The position numbers and the translations under genes are program-made. From assembly GCA_964035545.1 (NCBI GenBank), contig OZ037767.1, forward strand, positions 18,134,259 through 18,198,258: a stretch of 64,000 bases of DNA, read 5' to 3'. This document shows positions 17,001 through 31,200 of the stretch, one piece after another (position 1 is the stretch's first letter; each line of letters starts with the position of its first letter). A model generated the notes under the pieces. The model was given only the letters and a program-made list of their open reading frames with translations. It did no database searches and was not told the origin of the DNA. This DNA comes from Bugula neritina. Lineage: Eukaryota; Animalia; Bryozoa.

Positions 17001-19560
17001 CTGCAACACCCCGAAACATACGGCAACATACTGAAATATGATGTAGCATACTGAAATACACTGCAACACACTGAAGTATACTGTAATATACACAAATGTA
17101 CTGTTACAAACTGAAACATACGTCAACATACTGAAATGTACTGCACCATACTGAAATACACTGTAATATACTGAATTACACTGCAACATACTGCAACATA
17201 CTGAAATACGCTGTAACATATTGAAATACACTGCAACACATTGAAATATACTGTAACTCACTGAAATATAGCGTAATCAACGGAAATGTACTGTAACATA
17301 CTGAAACATACTGAAACATACTGAAACATACTAAAATATACTGGAGCATACCGAAACGTACTGCAACATACTGAAATATACTGCGAGATACTGCAACATA
17401 CTGAAATACACTGTAACATACTGAACTACACTGCAACATACTGAAACATACCGAAACATACTAAAATATACTGGAACATACCGGAACAAACTGCAACATA
17501 ATGAAATATACTGTACCAAACTGAAATATACGGCAAAATACTGGAATATACTGTAACACACTGAAATATACTGCAACATATTGAAATACACTGTAACATA
17601 ATGAAATATACTGCAACATACTGCAACATACTGCAACATACTGAAATACACTGTAACATACTGAAATACACTGCAACATACTACAACATATTGAAATACA
17701 CTGCAACACATTGAAATATACTGCAACATACCTAAATATATGGTAATATACTGAAATATACTGTAACATACTGAAATATACTGCAAGATACTGCAACATA
17801 CTGAAATGCACTTTAACATACTGAAATACACTGCAACATACTGACTTATACTGACATACACTGGAACATATTGAAATACACTGCAACAAATTGAAGTATG
17901 CTGCAACACACTGAAACATACTGCAACATGCTGAAACATACAGCGACACATTGAAAAATACTGCAACATACTGCAATATACTGAAATATAATGCAAGATA
18001 CTGCAACATACTGAAATACACTGTGACATACTGAGATACACTGCAACATACCGCAACATACTGAAATACACTGTAACTTATTGAAATACACTGCAACACA
18101 TTGAAATATACTGCAACACACCGAAACATACGGCAACATACTGAAATGTACTGCACCATACTGAAATACACTGTAATATACTGAATTACACTGCAACATA
18201 CTGCAACATACTGAAATACGCTGTAACATATTGAAATACACTGCAACACATTGAAATATACTGTAACTCACTGAAATATAGTGTAATCAACGGAAATGTA
18301 CTGTAACATACTGAAACATACTGAACCATACTGAAACATACTAAAATATACTGGAGCATACCGAAAGGTACTGCAACATACTGAAATATACTGCGAGATA
18401 CTGCAACATACTGAAATACACTGTAACATACTGAAATACACTGCAACATACTGCAACATACTGTAACATACTGAATTACAGTGTAACATATTGAAACACA
18501 CTGCAATACATTGAAATATACTGCAACACACTGAAACATACTACAACATACTGAAATATACTGCAACATATCGAACTGTATCGTAATATACGGACATGTA
18601 CTGTAACATACTGAAACATGCCGAAACATACTAAAATATACTGGAACATACCGGAACATACTGCAACATAATGAAATATATTGTACCAAACTGAAATATA
18701 CGGCAAAATACTGAAATATACTTCAACACACTGAAATATACTGCAACATACTGCAACACACGGAAGTTTGCTGTAACATGTTAAAATGCACGGCAACATA
18801 CTGAAATACACTGCAACAAACCTAAATATATGGGAATATACTGAAATATACTGTACTACGTTGAAAAACACTGCAACATATTGAAATATGCTGTAGCACA
18901 ATGAAATACACTGCAACTCACTGAAATATAGTGTAATATGCTGAAATGTACTGTAACATACTGGAATATACTGTAACACACTGAAATATACTGCAACATA
19001 CTGAAATACACTGTAACATTTTAAAATATACTGTGACACACTGAAATATACTGCAACATACTGAAATAAACTGTAACATACTGAAATACACTGCAAAATA
19101 CTGGAATACATTGCTACATACTGAAATATACTGCAAGATACTGCAACATACTGAAATACAGTGTAGCATACTGAAATACACTGCAACATGCTGCATTATA
19201 CTGACATACACTGAAACGTATTGAAATACATTGCAACACATTGAAATATACTGTAACTCACTGAAATAAAGTGTAATCAACGGAAATGTACTGTAACATA
19301 CTGAAACATACTGAAACATACTAAAATATACTGGAGCATACCGAAACGTACTGCAACATACTGAAATATACTGCGAGATACTGCAACATACTGAAATACA
19401 CTGTAACATACTGAAATACACTGCAACATACTGCAACATACTGTAACATACTGAATTACAGTGTAACATATTGAAACACACTGCAACACATTGAAATATA
19501 CTGCAACACACTGAAACATACTGCAATATACTGAAATACATTGTAAAGTACTGAAATATA
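6481..19560 (+). repeat. Tandem duplication, ~6.5 kb unit (about 6,481-13,030 and 13,031-19,560)
   Basis: The offset is 6,550 (ctgaactaca 6,771/13,321), then 6,530 after a 20-bp loss near 13,741, then 6,520 after a 10-bp loss near 14,430 (ORFs 8012/14532, 9426/15946, 11956/18476). The match ends just after ttgtaaagta at 13,021/19,541. Confidence 0.92.
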
Positions 19561-20089
19561 CTGCAAACTACTGCAACATACTGAAATACGCTGTAACATA
19601 TTGAAATACACTGCAACACATTGAAATATACTGCAACACACTGAAACATACTGCAATATACTGAAATATACTGCAACATATGGAACTGTATCGTAATATA
19701 CGGACATGTACTGTAACATACTGAAACATACCGAAACATACTGAAATATACTGGAACATACCGGAACATACTGCAACATAATGAAATATACTGTACCAAA
19801 CTGAAATATACGGCAAAATACTGGAATATACTGTAACACACTGAAATATACTGCAACATATTGAAATACACTGTAACATAATGAAATATACTGCAATATA
19901 CTGCAACATACTGCAACATACTGAAATACACTGTAACATACTGAAATACACTGCAACATACTACAACGTATTGAAATACACTGCAACACATTGAAATATA
20001 CTGCAACATACCTAAATATATGGTAATATACTGAAATATACTGTAACATACTGAAATATACTGCAAGATACTGCAACATACTGAAATGC

Positions 20090-23000
20090 ACTTTAACATA
20101 CTGAAATACACTGCAACATACTACAACATACTGAAATACACTGTAACATATTCAAATACACTGCAAAATACTGCAACATACTGCAACATACTGAAGTACA
20201 CTGTAACATATTGAAATACACTGCAACACCTTGAAATATACTGCAATACAGTGAAACATACGGCAACATACTGAAATATACTGCGACACATTGCATTATA
20301 CTGCAACATACTGAAATATGCTGCAGCATACTGAAATACACTGCAACACACTGAAGTATACTGTAATAGACAGAAATGTACTGTAACAAACTGAAACATA
20401 CGTCAACATACTGAAATGTACTGCAACATACTGAGATACACTGTAATATACTGAATTACACTGCAACATACTGCAACATACTGAAATACGCTGTAACATA
20501 TTGAAATACACTGCAACACATTGAAATATACTGTAACTCACTGAAATATAGTGTAATATACGGAAATGTACTGTAACATACTGGAATATACTATAACACA
20601 CTGAAATACACTGCAACATACTGCAACATTCTGAAATACACTGTAACATATCGATTTACACTGCAACACACTGAAATACACTGCAACATACTGAAATAAA
20701 TGGTAACCTACTGAAATATACTGTAACACATTGAAAAACACTGTAACATACTGAACTATACTGCAAGATACTGCAACATTCTGAAATACACTGTAACATA
20801 CTGAACCACACTGCAACATACTGCATTATACTGACATACGCTGGAACATATTGACATACACTGCAACAAATTGAAGTATACTGCAACACATTGAAACATA
20901 CGGCAACATACTGAAATATACTGCGACGCATTGATATATACTGCAACATACTGAAATATGCTGGAGCGTACTGAAATACACTGCTACACACTGAAGTATA
21001 ATGTAATATACAGAAATGTAATGTAACGTACTGAAACATACATCAACATACTGAAATGTACTGCAACATACTGAAATACACTGTAATATACTGAATTACA
21101 CTGCAACATACTGCAACAGACTGAAATACGCTGTAACATATTGAAATACACTGCAACACATTGAAATATACTGTAACTCACTGAAATATACTGCAACATA
21201 CTGGAATACATTGTAAAGTACTGAAATATACTGCAAACTACTGCAACATACTGAATTACACTGTAACATACTGAAATACACTGTAACATACTGAAATACA
21301 CTGCGACATACTACAACATACTGAAATACACTGTAACATGATGAAAAACACTGCAATACACTGTAACATATTGAAATACACTGCAACACACTGAAATATA
21401 CTGCAACATACCGAAATAAATTGTAAACTACTGAAATATACAGTAACACATTGAAAAATACTGCAACATATTGAAATATAGTGTAACACACTGAAATATA
21501 CTGCAACATACTGAAATACACTGTAACATACCAAAATATACTGCAACATACTGAAATACACTGCTACATACTGAAATATACTGCAACATACTGCAACATA
21601 CTGAAATACACTGTAACATACTGAAATACGCTGAAACATACTACAACATTTTGAAATACACTGCAACACATTGAATTATACTGCAACATACCTAAATATA
21701 CAGTAATATACTGAAATATACTGTAACACATTGAAAAGTACTGCAACATACTGAAATATACTGAAATACACTGCTACATACTGAAATATACTGCAAGATA
21801 CTGCAACATACTGAAATACACTGTAACATACTGAAATATACTGCAACATACTGCAATACACTGCTACACACTGAAATATACTGCAACATACCTAAATATA
21901 CGGTAATATACTAAAATATAGTGTAACACATTGAAAAACACTGCAACATACTGAACTATACTGCAAGATACTACAACATACTGAAATGCACTGTAACATA
22001 CTGAAACACACTGCAACATACTGCATTATACTAACATACGCTGTAACATATTGAAATACACTGCAACACATTGAAATATACTCTAACTCACTGAAATATA
22101 GTGTAATATACGGAAATGTACTGTGACATACTGGAATATACTGTAACACAATGAAATATACTTCAACATACTGAAATACGCTGTAACATACTACAACATA
22201 CTGAAATACACTGGAACATATGGAAATACACTGCAACAAATTTAAGTACACTGCGACACACTGAAACATACGGCAATATACTGAAATATACTGCGACACA
22301 TTGATATATACTGCAACATACTGAAATATGCTGTAGCGTACTGAAATTCACTGCAACACACTGAAGTATACTGTAATATACAGAAATGTAATGTAACAAA
22401 CTGAAACATACGTCAACATACTAAAATGTACTGCAACATACTGAAATACACTGTAATATACTGAATTACACTGCAACATACTGCAACATACTGAAATACG
22501 CTGTAACATATTGAAATACACTGTAACACATGAAATATACTGTAACTCACTGAAATATAGTCTAATATACGTAACTGTACTGCAACATACTGGAATATAC
22601 GACAACATACTGAAATATACTGCGACAGATTGAAATATACTGCAACATACTGAAATTTAATGCAAGATACTGCAATATACTGAAATACACCGTGACATAC
22701 TGAGATACATTGCAACATACTGCAACATACTGCAACATACTGAAATACACTGTAACATATTGAAATACACTGCAACACATTGAAATCTGCTGCAACATAC
22801 TGCAACATACTGAAATACGCTGTAAAATGCTGAAATACACTGCAACATACTGAATTATGCTGACATACACTGGAACATATTGAAATAAACTGCAACAAAT
22901 TGAAGTATACTGCAACACACTGAAACATACGGCAACATACTGAAATATACTGCGACACATTGAAATATACTGCAACATACTGAAATACACTGTATCATAC

Positions 23001-26000
23001 TGAATACACTGCAACACACTGAAGTATACTGTAATATACAGACATGTACTGTAACAAACTGAAACATACGTCAACATAATCAAATGTACTGCAACATACT
23101 GAGATACACTGTAATATACTGAATTACACTGCAACATACTGCAACATACTGAAATACGCTGTAACATATTGAAATACACTGCAACACATTGAAATATACT
23201 GTAACTCACTGAAATATAGTGTAATATACGGAAATGTACTGTAACATACTGGAATATACTATAACCCACTGAAATACACTGCAAGATACAGCAACATCCT
23301 GAAATAAACTGTAAGATATCGAAGTAGACTGCAACACACTGAAATATACTGCAACATACCGAAATAAATGGTAAACTACTAAAATATACTGTAACACATT
23401 GAAAAACACTGCAACATACTGAACTATACTGCAAGATACTGCAACATACTGAAATACACTGTAACATACTGAAACACACTGCAACATACTGCATTATACT
23501 GACATACGCTGTAACATATTGAAATACACTGCAACACATTGAAATATACTGTAACTTACTGAAATATAGTGTAATATACGGAAATGTACTGTAACATACT
23601 GGAATATACTGGAACACATTGAAAAACACTGCAACATACTGAACTATACTGCAAGATACTGCAACATACTGAAACACACTGTAACATACTGAAACACACT
23701 GCAACATACTGCATTATACTGTAACTCACTGAAACATAGTGCAATATACAGAAATGTACTGTAACTTACTGGAATATACTGTAACACACTGAAATACACT
23801 TCAACAAACTGAAATACGCTGTAACACGCTGAAATATACTGCAACCTACTTCAACATACCGAAATATATGGTAAACTACTGAAATATACTGTAACACCTT
23901 GAAAAATACTGCAACATACTGAAATACACTGCTACATACTGAAATATACTACAACATACTGCAATATACTGAAACACACTGTAACATACTGAAATACACT
24001 GCAAAATACTGAATTATACTGACATACGCTGTAACATATTGAAAAACACTGCAACACATTGAAATATACTCTAACTCACTGAAATATATTGTAATATACG
24101 GAAATATATGGTAAACTACTGAAATATACTGTAACACCTTGAAAAATACTGCAACATACTGAAATACACTGTAACATACTGAAATATACTGCAACATACT
24201 GAAATACACTGCTGCATACTGAAATATACTGCAACATGCTGCAACATACTGCAACATACTGAAATACACTGTAACATACTGAAATACACTGCAACATACT
24301 ACAACATATTGAAATACACTGCACTACATAGAATTATACTGCAACATACCTAAATATACAGTAATATACTGAAATATACTGTAACACATTGAAAAATACT
24401 GCAACATACTGAAATACACTGCTACAAACTGAAATATACTACAACATACTGCAATATACTGAAACACACTGTAACATACTGAAATACACTGCAAAATACT
24501 AAATTATACTGACATACGCTGTAACATATTGAAATACACTGCAACACATTGAAATATACTCTAACTCACTGACATATAGTGTAATATACGGAAATGTACG
24601 ATAAACTACTGAAATATCCTATAACACATTGAAAAATACTGCAACATACTGATATATACTGTAACACAATGAAATATACTTCAACATACTGAAATATACT
24701 GCAACCTACTGCAACATACTGACATACGCTGTAACATATTGAAATACACTGCAACACATTGAAATATACTCTAACTCACTGAAATATAGTGTAACATACG
24801 GAAAAGTACTGTGACATACTGGAATATACTGTAACACAATGAAATATAGGTCAACATACTGAAATACGCTGTGACATACTGAAATATACTGCAACCTACT
24901 GCAACATACTGGAATACACTGTAACATACTGAAATACACAGCAACATATAGAAATACTTTGCAAAATACTGCAACATACTGAAATACACTTTAACATATT
25001 GAAATATACTGCAACACCTTGAAATATACTGCAATACACTGAAACATACGGCAACATACTGAAATATACTGCGACACATTGCATTATACTGCAACATACT
25101 GAAATACGCTGTAACATACTGAAATATACTGCAACCTACTGCAACATACTGGAATACACTCTAACATACTGAAATACACTGCAACTTACTACAACATACT
25201 GAAATACACTGTAACATATTCAAATACACTGCAAAATACTGCAACATACTGCAACATACTGAAATACACTGTAACATATTGAAATACACTGCAACAGCTT
25301 GAAATATACTGCAATACACTGAAACATACGGCAACATACTGAAATATACTGCGACACATTGCATTATACTGCAACATACTGAAATACGCTGCAGCATACT
25401 GAAATACACTGCAACACACTGAAGTATACTGTAATAGACAGAAATGTACTGTAACAAACTGAAACATACGTCAACATACTGAAATGTACTGCAACATACT
25501 GAGATACACTGTAATATACTGAATTACACTGGCATACTGCAACATACTGAAATACGCTGTAACATATTGAAATACACTGCAACACATTGAAATATACTGT
25601 AACTCACTGAAATATAGTGTAATATACGGAAATGTACTGTAACATACTGGAATATACTATAACACACTGAAATACACTGCAACATACTGCAACATTCTGA
25701 AATACACTGTAACATATCGAAATACACTGCAACACACTGACATACACTGCAACATACTGAAATAAATGGTAACCTACTGAAATATACTGTAACACATTGA
25801 AAAACACTGTAACATACTGAACTATACTGCAAGATACTGCAACATTCTGAAATACACTGCAACATACTGCATTATACTGACATACGCTGGAACATATTGA
25901 CATACACTGCAACAATTTTGAAGTATACTGCAACACATTGAAACATACGGCAACATACTGAAATATACTGCGACGCATTGATATATACTGCAACAAACTG

Positions 26001-28230
26001 AAATATGCTGGAGCGTACTGAAATACACTGCTACACACTGAAGTATACTGTAATATACAGAAATGTAATGTAACGTACTGAAACATACGTCAACATACTG
26101 AAATGTACTGCAACATACTGAAATACACTGTAATATACTGAATTACACTGCAACATACTGCAACAGACTGAAATACGCTGTAACATATTGAAATACACTG
26201 CAACACATTGAAGTATACTGTAACTCACTGAAATATACTGCAACATACTGGAATACATTGTAAAGTACTGAAATATACTGGAAACTACTGCAACATACTG
26301 AATTACACTGTAACATACTGAAATACACTGTAACATACTGAAATACACTGCGACATACTACAACATACTGAAATACACTGAAACATGATGAAAAACACTG
26401 CAATACACTGTAACATATTGAAATACACTGCAACACACTGAAATATACTGCAACATACCGAAATAAATTGTAAACTACTGAAATATACAGTAACACATTG
26501 AAAAATACTGCGACATATTGAAATATAGTGTAACACACTGAAATATACTGCAACATACTGAAATACACTGTAACATACTAAAATATACTGCAACATACTG
26601 AAATACACTGCTACATACTGAAATATACTGCAACATACTCCAACATACTGAAATACACTGTAACATACTGAAATACGCTGAAACATACTACAACATTTTG
26701 AAATACACTGCAACACATTGAATTATACTGCAACATACCTAAATATACAGTAATATACTGAAATATACTGTAACACATTGAAAAGTACTGCAACATACTG
26801 AAATATACTGAAATACACTGCTACATACTGAAATATACTGCAAGAAACTGCAACATACTGAAATACACTGTAACATACTGAAATATACTGCAACATACTG
26901 CAATACACTGCTACACACTGAAATATACTGCAACATACCTAAATATACGGTAATATACTAAAATATACTGTAACACATTGAAAAACACTGCAACATACTG
27001 AACTATGCTGCAAGATACTACAACATACTGAAATGCACTGTAACATACTGAAACACACTGCAACATACTGCATTATACTAACATACGCTGTAACATATTG
27101 AAATACACTGCAACACATTGAAATATACTCAAACTCACTGAAATATAGTGTAATATACGAAAATGTACTGTGACATACTGGAATATACTGTAACACAATG
27201 AAATATACTTCAACATACTGAAATACGCTGTAACATACTGAAATACACTGCAACATACTACAACAAACTGAAATACACTGTAACATACTGAAATACACTG
27301 CAACATACTGCGTTATACTGACATACACTGGGACATATGGAATTACACTGCAACAAATTGAAGCACACGGCGACGCACTGAAACATACGGCAATATACTG
27401 AAATGTACTGCGACACATTTATATATACTGCAACATACTGAAATATGCTGTAGCGTACTGAAATTCACTGCAACACACAGAAGTATACTGTAATATACAG
27501 AAATGTAATGTAACAAACTGAAACATACGTCAACATACTGAAATGTACTGCAACATACTGAAATACACTGTAATATACTGAATTACACTGCAACATACTG
27601 CAACATACTGAAATACGCTGTAACATATTGAAATACACTGTAACACATGAAATATACTGTAACTCACTAAAATATAGTGTAATATAGGTAAATGTACTGC
27701 AACATACTGGAATATACGGCAACATACGGAAATATACTGCGACAGATTGAAATATACTGCAACATACTGAAATTTAATGCAAGATACTGCAATATACTGA
27801 AATACACCGTGACATACTGAGATACATTGCAACATACTGCAACATACTGCAACATACTGAAATACACTGTAACATATTGAAATACACTGCAACACATTGA
27901 AATCTACTGCAACATACTGCAACATACTGAAATACGCTGTGAAATACTGAGATACACTGCAACATACTGAATTATACTGACATACACTGGAACATATTGA
28001 AATATACTGCAACAAATTGAAGTATACTGCAACACACTGAAACATACGGCAACATGCTGAAATATACTGCGACACATTGAAATATACTGCAACATACTGA
28101 AATACACTGTATCATACTGAAATAAACTGCAACACACTGAAGTGTACTGTAATATACAGAGATGTACTGTAACAAACTGAAACATACGTCAACATACTAA
28201 AATGTACTGCAACATACTGAGATACACTGT
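20090..28230 (+). repeat. Older, more diverged duplication, offset ~5.05-5.12 kb (about 20,090-23,120 vs 25,160-28,230)
   Basis: ORF pairs 20093/25161 (5,068), 20984/26031 and 21256/26303 (5,047), and 22348/27465 (5,117). The copies share the -1 indel 'acacatgaaa' (22,531/27,648) but differ by many substitutions. Confidence 0.85.
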
Positions 28231-31200
28231 AATATACTGAAATATACTGCAACCTACTGCAACATACTGACATACGCTGTAACATATTGAAATACTTTGC
28301 AACACATTGAAATATACTCTAACTCACTGAAATATAGTGTAATATACGGAAATGTACTGTGACATACTGGAATATACTGTAACACAATGAAATATACTTC
28401 AACATACTGAAATACGCTGTAACATACTGAAATATACTGCAACCTACTGCAACATACTGAAACACACTGTAACATACTGAAATACACTGCAACATACTGA
28501 ATTATACTGACATACACTGGGACATATTGAAATACACTGCAACAAATTGAAGTATACTGCAACACACTGAAACATACGCCGACACACTGAAAAATACTGC
28601 GACACATTGAAATATACTGCAACATACTGCAACATACTGAAATACATTGTAACATACTGAAATACACTGCAACATACTACAACATACTGAAATACACTGT
28701 AACAGATCGAATTACACTGCAACAAATTGAAATATACTGCAACATACCAAAATATACGATAAACTACTGAAATATCCTGTAACACATTGAAATACACTTT
28801 AACATACTGAAATATACTGCAACCTACTGCAACATACTGACATACGCTGTAACATATTGAAATACACTGCAACACATTGAAATATACTCTAACTCACTGA
28901 AATATAGTGTAATATACGGAAATGTACTGTGACATACTGGAATATACTGTAACAACAATGAAATATACGTCAACATACTGAAATACGCTGTAACATACTG
29001 AAATATACTGCAACCTACTGCAACATACTGGAATACACTGTAAAATACTGAAATACACTGCAACACCTTGAAATATACTGCAATACAGTGAAACATACGG
29101 CAACATACTGAAATATACTGCGACACATTGCAATATACTGCAACATACTGAAATATGCTGTAGCATACTGAAATACACTGCAACACACTGAAGTATACTG
29201 TAATAGACAGAAATGTACTGTAACAAACTGAAACATACGTCAACATACTGAAATGTACTGCAACATACTGAGATACACTGTAATATATTGAATTACACTG
29301 CAACATACTGCAACATACTGAAATACGCTGTAACATATTGAAATACACTGCAACACATTGAAATATACTGTAACTCACTGAAATATAGTGTAATATACGG
29401 AAATGTACTGTAACATACTGGAATATACTATAACACACTGAAATACACTGTAACATACTGCAACATTCTAAAATACACTGTAACATATCGAAATACACTG
29501 CCACACACTGTAATATACTGCAACATACCGAAATCAATGGTAAACTACTGAAATATACTGTAACACAATGAAAAACACTGCAACATACTGAACTATACTG
29601 CAAGATACTGCAACATACTGAAATACACTGTAACATACTGAACCACACTGCAACATACTGCATTATACTGACATACGCTGTAACATATTGAAATACACTG
29701 CAACGCTTTGAAATATACTGTAACTCACTGAAATATACTGCAACATACTGAAATACACTGTAACATACTGAAGTATACTGCATCATACTGAAATAAACTG
29801 CTACATACTGAAATATACTTCAAGATACTGCAACAAACTGAAATACACTGTAACATACTGAAACACACTGCAACATACTGCATTATACTGACATACACTG
29901 GAACATATTGAAATATACTGCAACAAATTGAAGTATACTGCAACACACTGAAACATACGGCAACATACTGAAATATACTGCGACACATTGAAATATACTG
30001 CAACATACTGAAATACACTGTATCATACTGAAATAAACTGCAACACACTGAAGTGTACTGTAATATACAGACATGTACTGTAACAAACTGAAACATACGT
30101 CAACATACTAAAATGTACTGCAACATACTGAGATACACTGTAATATACTGAAATATACTGCAACCTACTGCAACATACTGACATACGCTGTAACATATTG
30201 AAATACACTGCAACACATTGAAATATACTCTAACTCACTGAAATATAGTGTAATATACGGAAATGTACTGTGACATACTGGAATATACTGTAACACAATG
30301 AAATATACTTCAACATACTGAAATACGCTGTAACATACTGAAATATACTGCAACCTACTGCAACATACTGAAATACACTGTAACATACTGAAATACACTG
30401 CAACATACTACAACATACTGAGATACACTGTAACATATTGAAATACACTGCAACACACTGAAATATACTGCAACATACCGAAATATATGGTAGGCTACTG
30501 AAAAATACTGTAACACATTGAAAAATACTGCAACATACTGAAATATACTGTAACACACTGAAATATACTGCAACATACTGAAATACACTGTAACATACTG
30601 AAATACACTGTAACATACTGAAATACACTGCGACATACTACAACATACTGAAATACACTGTAACATATTGAATTACACTGCAATACACTGAAACATATTG
30701 AAATACACTGCAACACACTGAAATATACTGCAACATACCGAAGTCAATGGTAAACTACTGAAATATACTGTAACACATTGAAAAATACTGCAACATATTG
30801 AAATATAGTGTAACACACTGAAATATACTGCAACATACTGAAATACACTGTAACATACTAAAATATACTGCAACATACTGAAATACACTGCTACATACTG
30901 AAATATACTGCAACATACTGCAACATACTGAAATACACTGTAACATACTGAAATACGCTGAAACATACTGCAACTATTGAAATACACTGCAACACATCGA
31001 ATTATACTGCAACATACCTAAATATACAGTAATATACTGAAATATACTGTAACACATTGAAAAGCACTGCAACATACTGAAATATACTGAAAGACACTGC
31101 TACATACTGAAATATACTGCAACATACCTAAATATACGGTAATATACTAAAATATACTGTAACACATTGAAAAACACTGCAACATACTGAACTATACTGC

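Larger units (their letters stand above)
1..20100 (+). repeat. Satellite subfamily L (left domain)
   Basis: Diagnostic variants g(t/c)gtaatcaa-cggaaatgta, ctggagcata-ccgaaacgta, ctgcgagata, ctgtaccaaa, cggcaaaata and cctaaatata-tggtaatata recur throughout 1-20,100. I did not see them after that point. Confidence 0.9.
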
